Positions 1 through 13,800 of a stretch of 64,000 nt of DNA are shown in pieces. Source of the DNA: Eledone cirrhosa (Eukaryota); the NCBI GenBank assembly GCA_964016885.1, contig OZ024745.1, positions 100,254,001-100,318,000 on the forward strand. The letters are read 5' to 3'. Both the position numbers and the translations under genes were made by a program. Below the pieces are notes generated by a model. The model saw only the letters and a program-made list of their open reading frames with translations. It was not told the DNA's origin and did not search any database. Positions within the stretch are counted from its first letter, which is position 1; every line of letters begins with the position of its first letter.

Positions 1-1939
1 GCAGTGTAGGACACTGGTAGGAACATAGGATATATTGTAGAGTTTACTGTGGCAGTGTAGGACATGATAGGAACACAGGATATATTGTAGAGTTTACTGT
101 GGCAGTGTAGGACAAGATAGGAGCATAGGATATATTGTAGAGTTTACTGTGGAAGTGTAGGACATGATAGGAACATAGGATATATTGTAGAATTTACTGT
201 GGCAGTGTATGACATGATAGCAACATAGGATATATTGTAGAGTTTACTGTGGCAGTGTAAGACATGGTAGGAACATAGGATATATTGTAGAGTTTACTGT
301 GGCAGTGTAGGACATGATAGGAACATAAGATATATTGTAGAGTTTACTGTGGCAGTGTAGGACATGATAGGAACATAAGATATATTGTAGAGTTTACTGT
401 GGAAGTGTAGGAAATGAGTTTACTGTGGCAGTGTAGGACATGATAGGAACATAGGATATATTGTAGAGTTTACTGTGGCAGTGTAGGACATGATAGGAAC
501 ATAGGATATATTGTAGAGTTTACTGTGGCAGTGTAGGACAGGATAGGAAGATAGGATATATTGTAGAGTTTACTGTGGCAGTGTAGGACATGATAGAAAC
601 ATAGTATATACTGTAGAGTATACTGTGCAGTGTAGGACATGATAGGAACATAGGATATATGTTAGAGTTTACTGTGCCAGTGTAGGACATGGTAGGAACA
701 TAGGATATATTGTAGAGTATACTGTGGCAGTGTAGGACATGATAGGAACACAGGATATATTGTAGAGTTTACTGTGGCAGTGTAGGACATGGTAGGAACA
801 TAGGATATATTGTAGAGTTTACTATGCCAGTGTAGGACATGATAGGAACATAGGATATATTGTAGAGTTTACTGTGCCAGTGTAGGACATAATAGGAACA
901 TAGTATATATTGTAGAGTTAACTGTGGCAGTGTAGGACATGATAGGATATATCGTAGAGTTTACCGTGGCAGTGTAGGACATGATAGGATATATCGTAGA
1001 GTTTACTGTGGCAGTGTAGGACACGATAGGACATGATAGGAACATAAGATAAATTGTAGAGTTTACTGTGCCAGTGTAGGACATGGTAGGAACATAGGAT
1101 ATATTGTAGAGTATACTGTGGCAGTGTAGGACACTGGTAGGAACATAGGATATATTGTAGAGTTTACTGTGGAAGTGTAGGACATGATAGGAACACAGGA
1201 TATATTGTAGAGTTTACTGTGGCAGTGTAGGACAAGATAGGAACATAGGATATATTGTAGAGTTTACTGTGGAAGTGTATGACATGATAGCAACATAGGA
1301 TATATTATAGAGTTTACTGTGGCAGTGTAAGACATGGTAGGAACATAGGATATATTGTAGAGTTTACTGTGGCAGTGTAGGACAGGATAGGAAGATAGGA
1401 TATATTGTAGAGTTTACTGTGACAGTGTAGGACATGATAGGAACATAGGATATATTGTAGAGTTTACTGTGGCAGTGTAGGACATGGTAGGAACATAGGA
1501 TATATTGTAGAGTTTACTGTGGCAGTGTATGACATGATAGCAACATAGGATATATTGTAGAGTTTACTGTGGCAGTGTAGGACATGATAGGAACATAGGA
1601 TATATTGTAGAGTTTACTGTGGCAGTGTAGGACAGGATAGGAAGATAGGATATATTGTAGAGTTTACTGTGACAGTGTAGGACATGATAGGAACATAGGA
1701 TATATTGTAGAGTTTACTGTGGCAGTGTAGGACATGGTAGGAACATAGGATATATTGTAGAGTTTACTGTGGCAGTGTATGACATGATAGCAACATAGGA
1801 TATATTGTAGAGTTTACTGTGGCAGTGTAGGACATGATAGGAACATAAGATATATTGTAGAGTTTATTGTGGCAGTGTAGGACATGGTAGGAACATAGGA
1901 TATATTGTAGAGTTTACTGTGGCAGTGTAGGACATAATA

Positions 1940-2713
1940 ACTTTCTTTTTATTTGGCACCATGGCATCAAAGAATGGGACAAGTACAATGGGGGGAGTTT
2001 ACATAAAAAGACGTACTCAATAAGGAGGAGGCAATAACAAAATATAAAAATAACAAAATATATAATATAACAAAAATAAATTGAATAACAAAATCCTCAA
2101 TAGGGAGGAGGCGCGTTGGGGGCTGGGGTGGTCGCATACACCCCCGAAAAAACTGTGCAACCCTTCTCCTCAAGAGCACAGGGAGAGGGTGCTCCCTTGA
2201 TATTTCATCTTCCTCACCTACAGTCTGATGTAGAGTGAAGGCTCATTCACATGGGCCATTCTCTCCACTTTCACCCATCTTTCATAAAAATGGCTGGGGT
2301 GCAGTACCGCTCTCTCCATCCTGATCCTTCTTCTGAAATGATATTGGAAGAAACGGACCAGTTGTTGGCCAGAGAGAAAGGTGTCTGACCTCATTCCTTT
2401 CAGACGCGTCCACCATACAACCTCTTTCGCCCTGGCTATTACGCACTGAAACATCGCCTCTCCTTCGTTTTTGAAGAGGGTAGGCGGCATGATCGTTACA
2501 ATAAACTCGGTGGTCAACCGGTTCGGTCCCACCCGTGAGAGTAGTCATTCGACATAGCCCCACAGATCGGCAATGCCCGAGCAGTGTACCAATGCGTGTG
2601 CAATGGTTTCCTCGTTGCACACGCATCTGGGAGAGATCTTTTTCGAGGGGTCCCTACCCGGGTGCCCGTGTCTGTAGAGACTTTCTCGAACGGACAGAGC
2701 CCCTCGGTAGCAC
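1940..2713 (-). mobile_element. 5'-truncated Tx1/L1-clade non-LTR retrotransposon 3' end (ORF2 C-terminus plus 3' UTR), copy 1
   Basis: Minus frame reads CYRGALSVRESLYRHG...SPRCVCNEETIAHALVHC...LWGYVE*LLSRVGPNRL...AKEVVWWTR, a degenerate L1/Tx1 zinc-knuckle region with an in-frame TGA at 2545-2547; ends AATAAAAAGAAAGT; flanked by AGGACATAATA (1929-1939) and AGGACATGATA (2714-2724). Confidence 0.85.
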
Positions 2714-4118
2714 AGGACATGATAGGTACATAGGATATATTGTAGAGTTTACTGTGGCAGTGTAGGACATGATAGGTACATTGGATATATTGTAGAATTT
2801 ACTGTGGCAGTGTATGACATGATAGCAACATAGGATATATTGTAGAGTTTACTGTGGCAGTGTAGGACATGATAGGAACACAGGATATATTGTAGAGTTT
2901 ACTGTGGCAGTGTAGGAGATGATAGGAACATAGGATATATTGTAGAGTTTACTGTTGCAGTGTAGGACATGATAGGAACATAGGATATATTGTAGAGTTT
3001 ACTGTGGCAGTGTAGGACATGATAGAAACATAGGATATATTGTAGAGTTTACTGTGGCAGGTATGACATGATAGCAACATAGGATATATTGTAGAGTTTA
3101 CTGTGGCAGTGTAGGAGATGATAGGAACATAAGATATATTGTAGAGTTAACTGTGGCAGTGTATGACATGATAGCAACATAGGATATATTGTAGACTTTA
3201 CTGTGGCAGTGTAGGAGATGATAGGAACATAGGATATATTGTAGAGTTTACTGTGGGAGTGTAAGAGATGATAGGAACATAGGGTATATTGTAGAGTTTA
3301 CTGTGGCAGTGTAGGACATGATAGAAACATAGTATATACTGTAGAGTATACTGTGCAGTGTAGGACATGATAGGAACATAGGATATATGCTAGAGTTTAC
3401 TGTGCCAGTGTAGGACATGGTAGGAACATAGGATATATTGTAGAGTATACTGTGGCAGTGTAGGACACTGGTAGGAACATAGGATATATTGTAGAGTTTA
3501 CTGTGGAAGTGTAGGACATGATAGGAACACAGGATATATTGTAGAGTTTACTGTGGCAGTGTAGGACATGGTAGGAACATAGGATATATTGTAGAGTTTA
3601 CTGTGCCAGTGTAGGACATGATAGGAACATAGGATATACTGTAGAGTTTACTGTGGCAGTGTAGGATATGATAGGAACATAGGATATATTGTAGAGTTTA
3701 CTGTGCCAGTGTAGGACATAATAGGAACATAGTATATATTGTAGAGTTTACTGTGGCAGTGTAGGACATGATAGGAACATAGAATATATTGTAGAGTTTA
3801 CTGTGGCAGTGTAGGACATGATAGGATATATCGTAGAGTTTACCGTGGCAGTGTAGGACATGATAGGATATATCGTAGAGTTTACTGTGGCAGTGTAGGA
3901 CACGATAGGACATGATAGGAACATAAGATAAATTGTAGAGTTTACTGTGCCAGTGTAGGACATGGTAGCAACATAGGATATATTGTAGAGTATACTGTGG
4001 CAGTGTAGGACACTGGTAGGAACATAGGATATATTGTAGAGTTTACTGTGGAAGTGTAGGACATGGTAGGAACATAGGATATATTGTAGAGTTTACTGTG
4101 GCAGTGTAGGACATAATA

Positions 4119-4892
4119 ACTTTCTTTTTATTTGGCACCATGGCATCAAAGAATGGGACAAGTACAATGGGGGGAGTTTACATAAAAAGACGTCCTCAAT
4201 AAGGAGGAGGCAATAACAAAATATAAAAATAACAAAATATATAATATAACAAAAATAAATTGAATAACAAAATCCTCAATAGGGAGGAGGCGCGTTGGGG
4301 GCTGGGGTGGTCGCATACACCCCCGAAAAAAGTGTGCAACCCTTCTCCTCAAGAGCACAGGGAGAGGGTGCTCCCTTGATATTTCATCTTCCTCACCTAC
4401 AGTCTGATGTAGAGTGAAGGCTCATTCACATGGGCCATTCTCTCCACTTTCACCCATCTTTCATAAAAATGGCTGGGGTGCAGTACCTCTCTCTCCATCC
4501 TGATCCTTCTTCTGAAATGATATTGGAAGAAACGGACCAGTTGTTGGCCAGAGAGAAAGGTGTCTGACCTCATTCCTTTCAGACGCGTCCACCATACAAC
4601 CTCTTTCGCCCTGGCTATTACGCACTGAAACATCGCCTCTCCTTCGTTTTTGAAGAGGGTAGGCGGCATGATCGTTACAATAGACTCGGTGGTCAACCGG
4701 TTCGGTCCCACCCGTGAGAGTAGTCATTCGACATAGCCCCACAGATCGGCAATGCCCGAGCAGTGTACCAATGCGTGTGCAATGGTTTCCTCGTTGCACA
4801 CGCATCTGGGAGAGATCTTTTTCGAGGGGTCCCTACCCGGGTGCCCGTGTCTGTAGAGACTTTCTCGAACGGGCAGAGCCCCTCGGTAGCAC
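4119..4892 (-). mobile_element. Tx1/L1-clade 3' fragment, copy 2
   Basis: Same length, junctions and premature stop as 1940-2713 with about 5 substitutions; reads GALPVRESLYRHG; offset 2179 bp. Confidence 0.85.
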
Positions 4893-7800
4893 AGGACATG
4901 ATAGGTACATAGGATATATTGTAGAGTTTACTGTGGCAGTGTAGGACATGATAGGTACATTGGATATATTGTAGAATTTACTGTGGCAGTGTATGACATG
5001 ATAGCAACATAGGATATATTGTAGAGTTTACTGTGGCAGTGTAGGACATGATAGGAACACAGGATATATTGTAGAGTTTACTGTGGCAGTGTAGGAGATG
5101 ATAGGAACATAGGATATATTGTAGAGTTTACTGTGGCAGTGTAGGACATGATAGGAACATGGGATATATTGTAGGGTTTACTGTGGCAGTGTAGGACATG
5201 ATAGGAACATAGGATATATTGTAGAGTTTACTGTGGGAGTGTAAGAGATGATAGGAACATAGGATATATTGTAGAGTTTACTGTGGGAGTGTAAGAGATG
5301 ATAGGAACATAGGATATATTGTAGAGTTTACTGTGGCAGTGTAGGACATAATAGAAACATAGTATATACTGTAGAGTATACTGTGCAGTGTAGGACATGA
5401 TAGGAACATAGGATATATGTTAGAGTTTACTGTGCCAGTGTAGGACATGGTAGGAACATAGGATATATTGTAGAGTATACTGTGGCAGTGTAGGACACTG
5501 GTAGGAACATAGGATATATTGTAGAGTTTACTGTGGAAGTGTAGGACATGATAGGAACACAGGATATATTGTAGAGTTTACTGTGGCAGTGTAGGACAAG
5601 ATAGGAACATAGGATATATTGTAGAGTTTACTGTGGAAGTGTAGGACATGATAGGAACACAGGATATATTGTAGTGTTTACTGTGGCAGTGTAGGACATG
5701 ATAGGAACATAGGATATATTGTAGAATTTACTGTGGCAGTGTATGACATGATAGCAACATAGGATATATTGTAGAGTTTACTGTGGCAGTGTAAGACATG
5801 GTAGGAACATAGGATATATTGTAGAGTTTACTGTGGCAGTGTAGGACATGATAGGAACATAAGATATATTGTAGAGTTTACTGTGGCAGTGTAGGACATG
5901 ATAGGAACATAAGATATATTGTAGAGTTTACTGTGGAAGTGTAGGAAATGAGTTTACTGTGGCAGTGTAGGACATGATAGGAACATAGGATATATTGTAG
6001 AGTTTACTGTGGCAGTGTAGGACATGATAGGAACATAGGATATATTGTAGAGTTTACTGTGGCAGTGTAGGACAGGATAGGAAGATAGGATATATTGTAG
6101 AGTTTACTGTGACAGTGTAGGACATGATAGGAACATAAGATATATTGTAGAGTTTACTGTGGCAGTGTAGGAGATGATAGGAACATAGGATATACTATAG
6201 AGTTTACTGTGGCAGTGTAGGACATGATAGGTACATATGATGCATTGTAGAGTTTACTGCGGCAGTGTAGGACATGATAGGAACATAATATATATTGTAG
6301 AGTTTACTGTGGCAGTGTACGACATGATAGGGACATAGGATATGTTGTAGAGTTTACTGTGGCAGTGTAGGACATGATAGGAACATAGGATATATTGTAG
6401 AGTTTACTGTGGCAGAGTAGGACATTATAGGAATACACAGGATATATTGTAGAGTTTACTGTGGCAGAGTAGGACATGATAGGAACATAGGATATATTGT
6501 ACAGTTTACTGTGGCAGTGTAGGACATGATAGGAACATAAGATATATTTTAGAGTTTACTGTGGCAGAGTAGGACAAGATAGGTACATAAGATATATTGT
6601 AGAGTTTACTGTGGTAGTGTAGGACATGTTAGGAACATAGAATATATTGTAGAGTATACTGTGGCCGTTTAAGACATGATAGGAACATAGGATATATTGT
6701 AGAGTTTACTGTGGCAGTGTAGGACATGGTAGGAACATAGAATATATTGTAGAGTTTACTGTGCCAGTGTAGGACATGATAGGAACATAGGATATATTGT
6801 AGAGTTTACTGTGCCAGTGTAGGACATAATAGGAACATAGTATATATTGTAGAGTTTACTGTGGCAGTGTAGGACATGATAGGAACATAGGATATATTGT
6901 AGAGTTTACTGTGCCAGTGTAGGACATGATAGGAACATAGGATATATTGTAGAGTTTACTGTGCCAGTGTAGGACATAATAGGAACATAGTATATATTGT
7001 AGAGTTTACTGTGGCAGTGTAGGACATGATAGGAACATAGTATATATTGTAGAGTTTACTGTGGCAGTGTAGGACATGATAGGAACATAGAATATATTGT
7101 AGAGTTTACTGTGGCAGTGTAGGACATGATAGGATATATCGTAGAGTTTACCGTGGCAGTGTAGGACATGATAGGATATATCGTAGAGTTTACTGTGGCA
7201 GTGTAGGACACGATAGGACATGATAGGAACACAGGATATATTGTAGAGTTTACTGTGGCAGTGTAGGACAAGATAGGAACATAGGATATATTGTAGAGTT
7301 TACTGTGGAAGTGTAGGACATGATAGGAACACAGGATATATTGTAGTGTTTACTGTGGCAGTGTAGGACATGATAGGAACATAGGATATATTGTAGAATT
7401 TACTGTGGCAGTGTATGACATGATAGCAACATAGGATATATTGTAGAGTTTACTGTGGCAGTGTAAGACATGGTAGGAACATAGGATATATTGTAGAGTT
7501 TACTGTGGCAGTGTAGGACATGATAGGAACATAAGATATATTGTAGAGTTTACTGTGGCAGTGTAGGACATGATAGGAACATAAGATATATTGTAGAGTT
7601 TACTGTGGAAGTGTAGGAAATGAGTTTACTGTGGCAGTGTAGGACATGATAGGAACATAGGATATATTGTAGAGTTTACTGTGGCAGTGTAGGACATGAT
7701 AGGAACATAGGATATATTGTAGAGTTTACTGTGGCAGTGTAGGACAGGATAGGAAGATAGGATATATTGTAGAGTTTACTATGACAGTGTAGGACATGAT

Positions 7801-10800
7801 AGGAACATAAGATATATTGTAGAGTTTACTGTGGCAGTGTAGGAGATGATAGGAACATAGGATATACTATAGAGTTTACTGTGGCAGTGTAGGACATGAT
7901 AGGTACATATGATGCATTGTAGAGTTTACTGCGGCAGTGTAGGACATGATAGGAACATAATATATATTGTAGAGTTTACTGTGGCAGTGTACGACATGAT
8001 AGGGACATAGGATATGTTGTAGAGTTTACTGTGGCAGTGTAGGACATGATAGGAACATAGGATATATTGTAGAGTTTACTGTGGCAGAGTAGGACATTAT
8101 AGGAATACACAGGATATATTGTAGAGTTTACTGTGGCAGAGTAGGACATGATAGGAACATAGGATATATTGTACAGTTTACTGTGGCAGTGTAGGACATG
8201 ATAGGAACATAAGATATATTTTAGAGTTTACTGTGGCAGAGTAGGACAAGATAGGTACATAAGATATATTGTAGAGTTTACTGTGGTAGTGTAGGACATG
8301 TTAGGAACATAGAATATATTGTAGAGTATACTGTGGCCGTTTAAGACATGATAGGAACATAGGATATATTGTAGAGTTTACTGTGGCAGTGTAGGACATG
8401 ATAGGAACATAGGATATATTGTAGAGTTTACTGTGGCAGTGTAGGACATGGTAGGAACATAGAATATATTGTAGAGTTTACTGTGCCAGTGTAGGACATG
8501 ATAGGAACATAGGATATATTGTAGAGTTTACTGTGCCAGTGTAGGACATAATAGGAACATAGTATATATTGTAGAGTTTACTGTGGCAGTGTAGGACATG
8601 ATAGGAACATAGGATATATTGTAGAGTTTACTGTGCCAGTGTAGGACATGATAGGAACATAGGATATATTGTAGAGTTTACTGTGCCAGTGTAGGACATA
8701 ATAGGAACATAGTATATATTGTAGAGTTTACTGTGGCAGTGTAGGACATGATAGGAACATAGTATATATTGTAGAGTTTACTGTGGCAGTGTAGGACATG
8801 ATAGGAACATAGAATATATTGTAGAGTTTACTGTGGCAGTGTAGGACATGATAGGATATATCGTAGAGTTTACCGTGGCAGTGTAGGACATGATAGGATA
8901 TATCGTAGAGTTTACTGTGGCAGTGTAGGACACGATAGGACATGATAGGAACATAAGATAAATTGTAGAGTTTACTGTGCCAGTGTAGGACATGGTAGGA
9001 ACATAGGATATATTGTAGAGTATACTGTGGCAGTGTAGGACACTGGTAGGAACATAGGATATATTGTAGAGTTTACTGTGGCAGTGTAGGACATGATAGG
9101 AACACAGGATATATTGTAGAGTTTACTGTGGCAGTGTAGGACAAGATAGGAGCATAGGATATATTGTAGAGTTTACTGTGGAAGTGTAGGACATGATAGG
9201 AACATAGGATATATTGTAGAATTTACTGTGGCAGTGTATGACATGATAGCAACATAGGATATATTGTAGAGTTTACTGTGGCAGTGTAAGACATGGTAGG
9301 AACATAGGATATATTGTAGAGTTTACTGTGGCAGTGTAGGACATGATAGGAACATAAGATATATTGTAGAGTTTACTGTGGCAGTGTAGGACATGATAGG
9401 AACATAAGATATATTGTAGAGTTTACTGTGGAAGTGTAGGAAATGAGTTTACTGTGGCAGTGTAGGACATGATAGGAACATAGGATATATTGTAGAGTTT
9501 ACTGTGGCAGTGTAGGACATGATAGGAACATAGGATATATTGTAGAGTTTACTGTGGCAGTGTAGGACAGGATAGGAAGATAGGATATATTGTAGAGTTT
9601 ACTGTGGCAGTGTAGGACATGATAGAAACATAGTATATACTGTAGAGTATACTGTGCAGTGTAGGACATGATAGGAACATAGGATATATGTTAGAGTTTA
9701 CTGTGCCAGTGTAGGACATGGTAGGAACATAGGATATATTGTAGAGTATACTGTGGCAGTGTAGGACACTGGTAGGAACATAGGATATATTGTAGAGTTT
9801 ACTGTGGAAGTGTAGGACATGATAGGAACACAGGATATATTGTAGAGTTTACTGTGGCAGTGTAGGACATGGTAGGAACATAGGATATATTGTAGAGTTT
9901 ACTATGCCAGTGTAGGACATGATAGGAACATAGGATATATTGTAGAGTTTACTGTGCCAGTGTAGGACATAATAGGAACATAGTATATATTGTAGAGTTA
10001 ACTGTGGCAGTGTAGGACATGATAGGATATATCGTAGAGTTTACCGTGGCAGTGTAGGACATGATAGGATATATCGTAGAGTTTACTGTGGCAGTGTAGG
10101 ACACGATAGGACATGATAGGAACATAAGATAAATTGTAGAGTTTACTGTGCCAGTGTAGGACATGGTAGGAACATAGGATATATTGTAGAGTATACTGTG
10201 GCAGTGTAGGACACTGGTAGGAACATAGGATATATTGTAGAGTTTACTGTGGAAGTGTAGGACATGATAGGAACACAGGATATATTGTAGAGTTTACTGT
10301 GGCAGTGTAGGACAAGATAGGAACATAGGATATATTGTAGAGTTTACTGTGGAAGTGTATGACATGATAGCAACATAGGATATATTATAGAGTTTACTGT
10401 GGCAGTGTAAGACATGGTAGGAACATAGGATATATTGTAGAGTTTACTGTGGCAGTGTAGGACATGATAGGAACATAAGATATATTGTAGAGTTTACTGT
10501 GGCAGTGTAGGACATGATAGGAACATAAGATATATTGTAGAGTTTACTGTGGAAGTGTAGGAAATGAGTTTACTGTGGCAGTGTAGGACATGATAGGAAC
10601 ATAGGATATATTGTAGAGTTTACTGTGGCAGTGTAGGACATGATAGGAACATAGGATATATTGTAGAGTTTACTGTGGCAGTGTAGGACAGGATAGGAAG
10701 ATAGGATATATTGTAGAGTTTACTGTGACAGTGTAGGACATGATAGGAACATAAGATATATTGTAGAGTTTACTGTGGCAGTGTAGGAGATGATAGGAAC

Positions 10801-13800
10801 ATAGGATATACTATAGAGTTTACTGTGGCAGTGTAGGACATGATAGGTACATATGATGCATTGTAGATTTTACTGCGGCAGTGTAGGACATGATAGGAAC
10901 ATAATATATATTGTAGAGTTTACTGTGGCAGTGTACGACATGATAGGGACATAGGATATGTTGTAGAGTTTACTGTGGCAGTGTAGGACAAGATAGGAAC
11001 ATAGGATATATTGTAGAGTTTACTGTGGCAGAGTAGGACATTATAGGAATACACAGGATATATTGTAGAGTTTACTGTGGCAGAGTAGGACATGATAGGA
11101 ACATAGGATATATTGTACAGTTTACTGTGGCAGTGTAGGACATGATAGGAACATAAGATATATTGTAGAGTTTACTGTGGCAGAGTAGGACAAGATAGGT
11201 ACATAAGATATATTGTAGAGTTTACTGTGGTAGTGTAGGACATGTTAGGAACATAGAATATATTGTAGAGTATACTGTGGCCGTTTAAGACATGATAGGA
11301 ACATAGGATATATTGTAGAGTTTACTGTGGCAGTGTAGGACATGATAGGAACATAGGATATATTGTAGAGTTTACTGTGGCAGTGTAGGACATGGTAGGA
11401 ACATAGGATATATTGTAGAGTTTACTGTGCCAGTGTAGGACATGATAGGAACATAGGATATATTGTAGAGTTTACTGTGCCAGTGTAGGACATAATAGGA
11501 ACATAGTATATATTGTAGAGTTTACTGTGGCAGTGTAGGACATGATAGGAACATAGTATATATTGTAGAGTTTACTGTGGCAGTGTAGGACATGATAGGA
11601 ACATAGAATATATTGTAGAGTTTACTGTGGCAGTGTAGGACCTGATAGGATATATCGTAGAGTTTACCGTGGCAGTGTAGGACATGATAGGATATATCGT
11701 AGAGTTTACTGTGGCAGTGTAGGACACGATAGGACATGATAGGAACATAAGATAAATTGTAGAGTTTACTGTGCCAGTGTAGGACATGGTAGGAACATAG
11801 GATATATTGTAGAGTATACTGTGGCAGTGTAGGACACTGGTAGGAACATAGGATATATTGTAGAGTTTACTGTGGAACTGTAGGACATGATAGGAACACA
11901 GGATATATTGTAGAGTTTACTGTGGCAGTGTAGGACAAGATAGGAACATAGGATATATTGTAGAGTTTACTGTGGAAGTGTAGGACATGATAGGAACACA
12001 GGATATATTGTAGTGTTTACTGTGGCAGTGTAGGACATGATAGGAACATAGGATATATTGTAGAGTATACTGTGGCAGTGTAGGACATGATATGAACATA
12101 GGATATATTGTAGAGTTTACTGTGGCAGTGTAGGACAGGATAGGAAGATAGGATATATTGTAGAGTTTACTGTGACAGTGTAGGACATGATAGGAACATA
12201 AGATATATTGTAGAGTTTACTGTGGCAGTGTAGGAGATGATAGGAACATAGGATATACTATAGAGTTTACTGTGGCAGTGTAGGACATGATAGGTACATA
12301 TGATGCATTGTAGATTTTACTGCGGCAGTGTAGGACATGATAGGAACATAATATATATTGTAGAGTTTACTGTGGCAGTGTACGACATGATAGGGACATA
12401 GGATATGTTGTAGAGTTTACTGTGGCAGTGTAGGACAAGATAGGAACATAGGATATATTGTAGAGTTTACTGTGGCAGAGTAGGACATTATAGGAATACA
12501 CAGGATATATTGTAGAGTTTACTGTGGCAGAGTAGGACATGATAGGAACATAGGATATATTGTACAGTTTACTGTGGCAGTGTAGGACATGATAGGAACA
12601 TAAGATATATTGTAGAGTTTACTGTGTCAGAGTAGGACAAGATAGGTACATAAGATATATTGTAGAGTTTACTGTGGTAGTGTAGGACATGTTAGGAACA
12701 TAGAATATATTGTAGAGTATACTGTGGCCGTTTAAGACATGATAGGAACATAGGATATATTGTAGAGTTTACTGTGGCAGTGTAGGACATGATAGGAACA
12801 TAGGATATATTGTAGAGTTTACTGTGGCAGTGTAGGACATGGTAGGAACATAGGATATATTGTAGAGTTGACTGTGCCAGTGTAGGACATGATAGGAACA
12901 TAGGATATATTGTAGAGTTTACTGTGCCAGTGTAGGACATAATAGGAACATAGTATATATTGTAGAGTTTACTGTGGCAGTGTAGGACATGATAGGAACA
13001 TAGGATATATTGTAGAGTTTACTGTGCCAGTGTAGGACATGATAGGAACATAGGATATATTGTAGAGTTTACTGTGCCAGTGTAGGACATAATAGGAACA
13101 TAGTATATATTGTAGAGTTTACTGTGGCAGTGTAGGACATGATAGGAACATAGTATATATTGTAGAGTTTACTGTGGCAGTGTAGGACATGATAGGAACA
13201 TAGAATATATTGTAGAGTTTACTGTGGCAGTGTAGGACATGATAGGATATATCGTAGAGTTTACCGTGGCAGTGTAGGACATGATAGGATATATCGTAGA
13301 GTTTACTGTGGCAGTGTAGGACACGATAGGACATGATAGGAACATAAGATAAATTGTAGAGTTTACTGTGCCAGTGTAGGACATGGTAGGAACATAGGAT
13401 ATATTGTAGAGTATACTGTGGCAGTGTAGGACACTGGTAGGAACATAGGATATATTGTAGAGTTTACTGTGGAAGTGTAGGACATGATAGGAACACAGGA
13501 TATATTGTAGAGTTTACTGTGGCAGTGTAGGACAAGATAGGAACATAGGATATATTGTAGAGTTTACTGTGGAAGTGTAGGACATGATAGGAACACAGGA
13601 TATATTGTAGTGTTTACTGTGGCAGTGTAGGACATGATAGGAACATAGGATATATTGTAGAATTTACTGTGGCAGTGTATGACATGATAGCAAGATAGGA
13701 TATATTGTAGAGTTTACTGTGGCAGTGTAAGACATGGTAGGAACATAGGATATATTGTAGAGTTTACTGTGGCAGTGTAGGACATGATAGGAACATAAGA

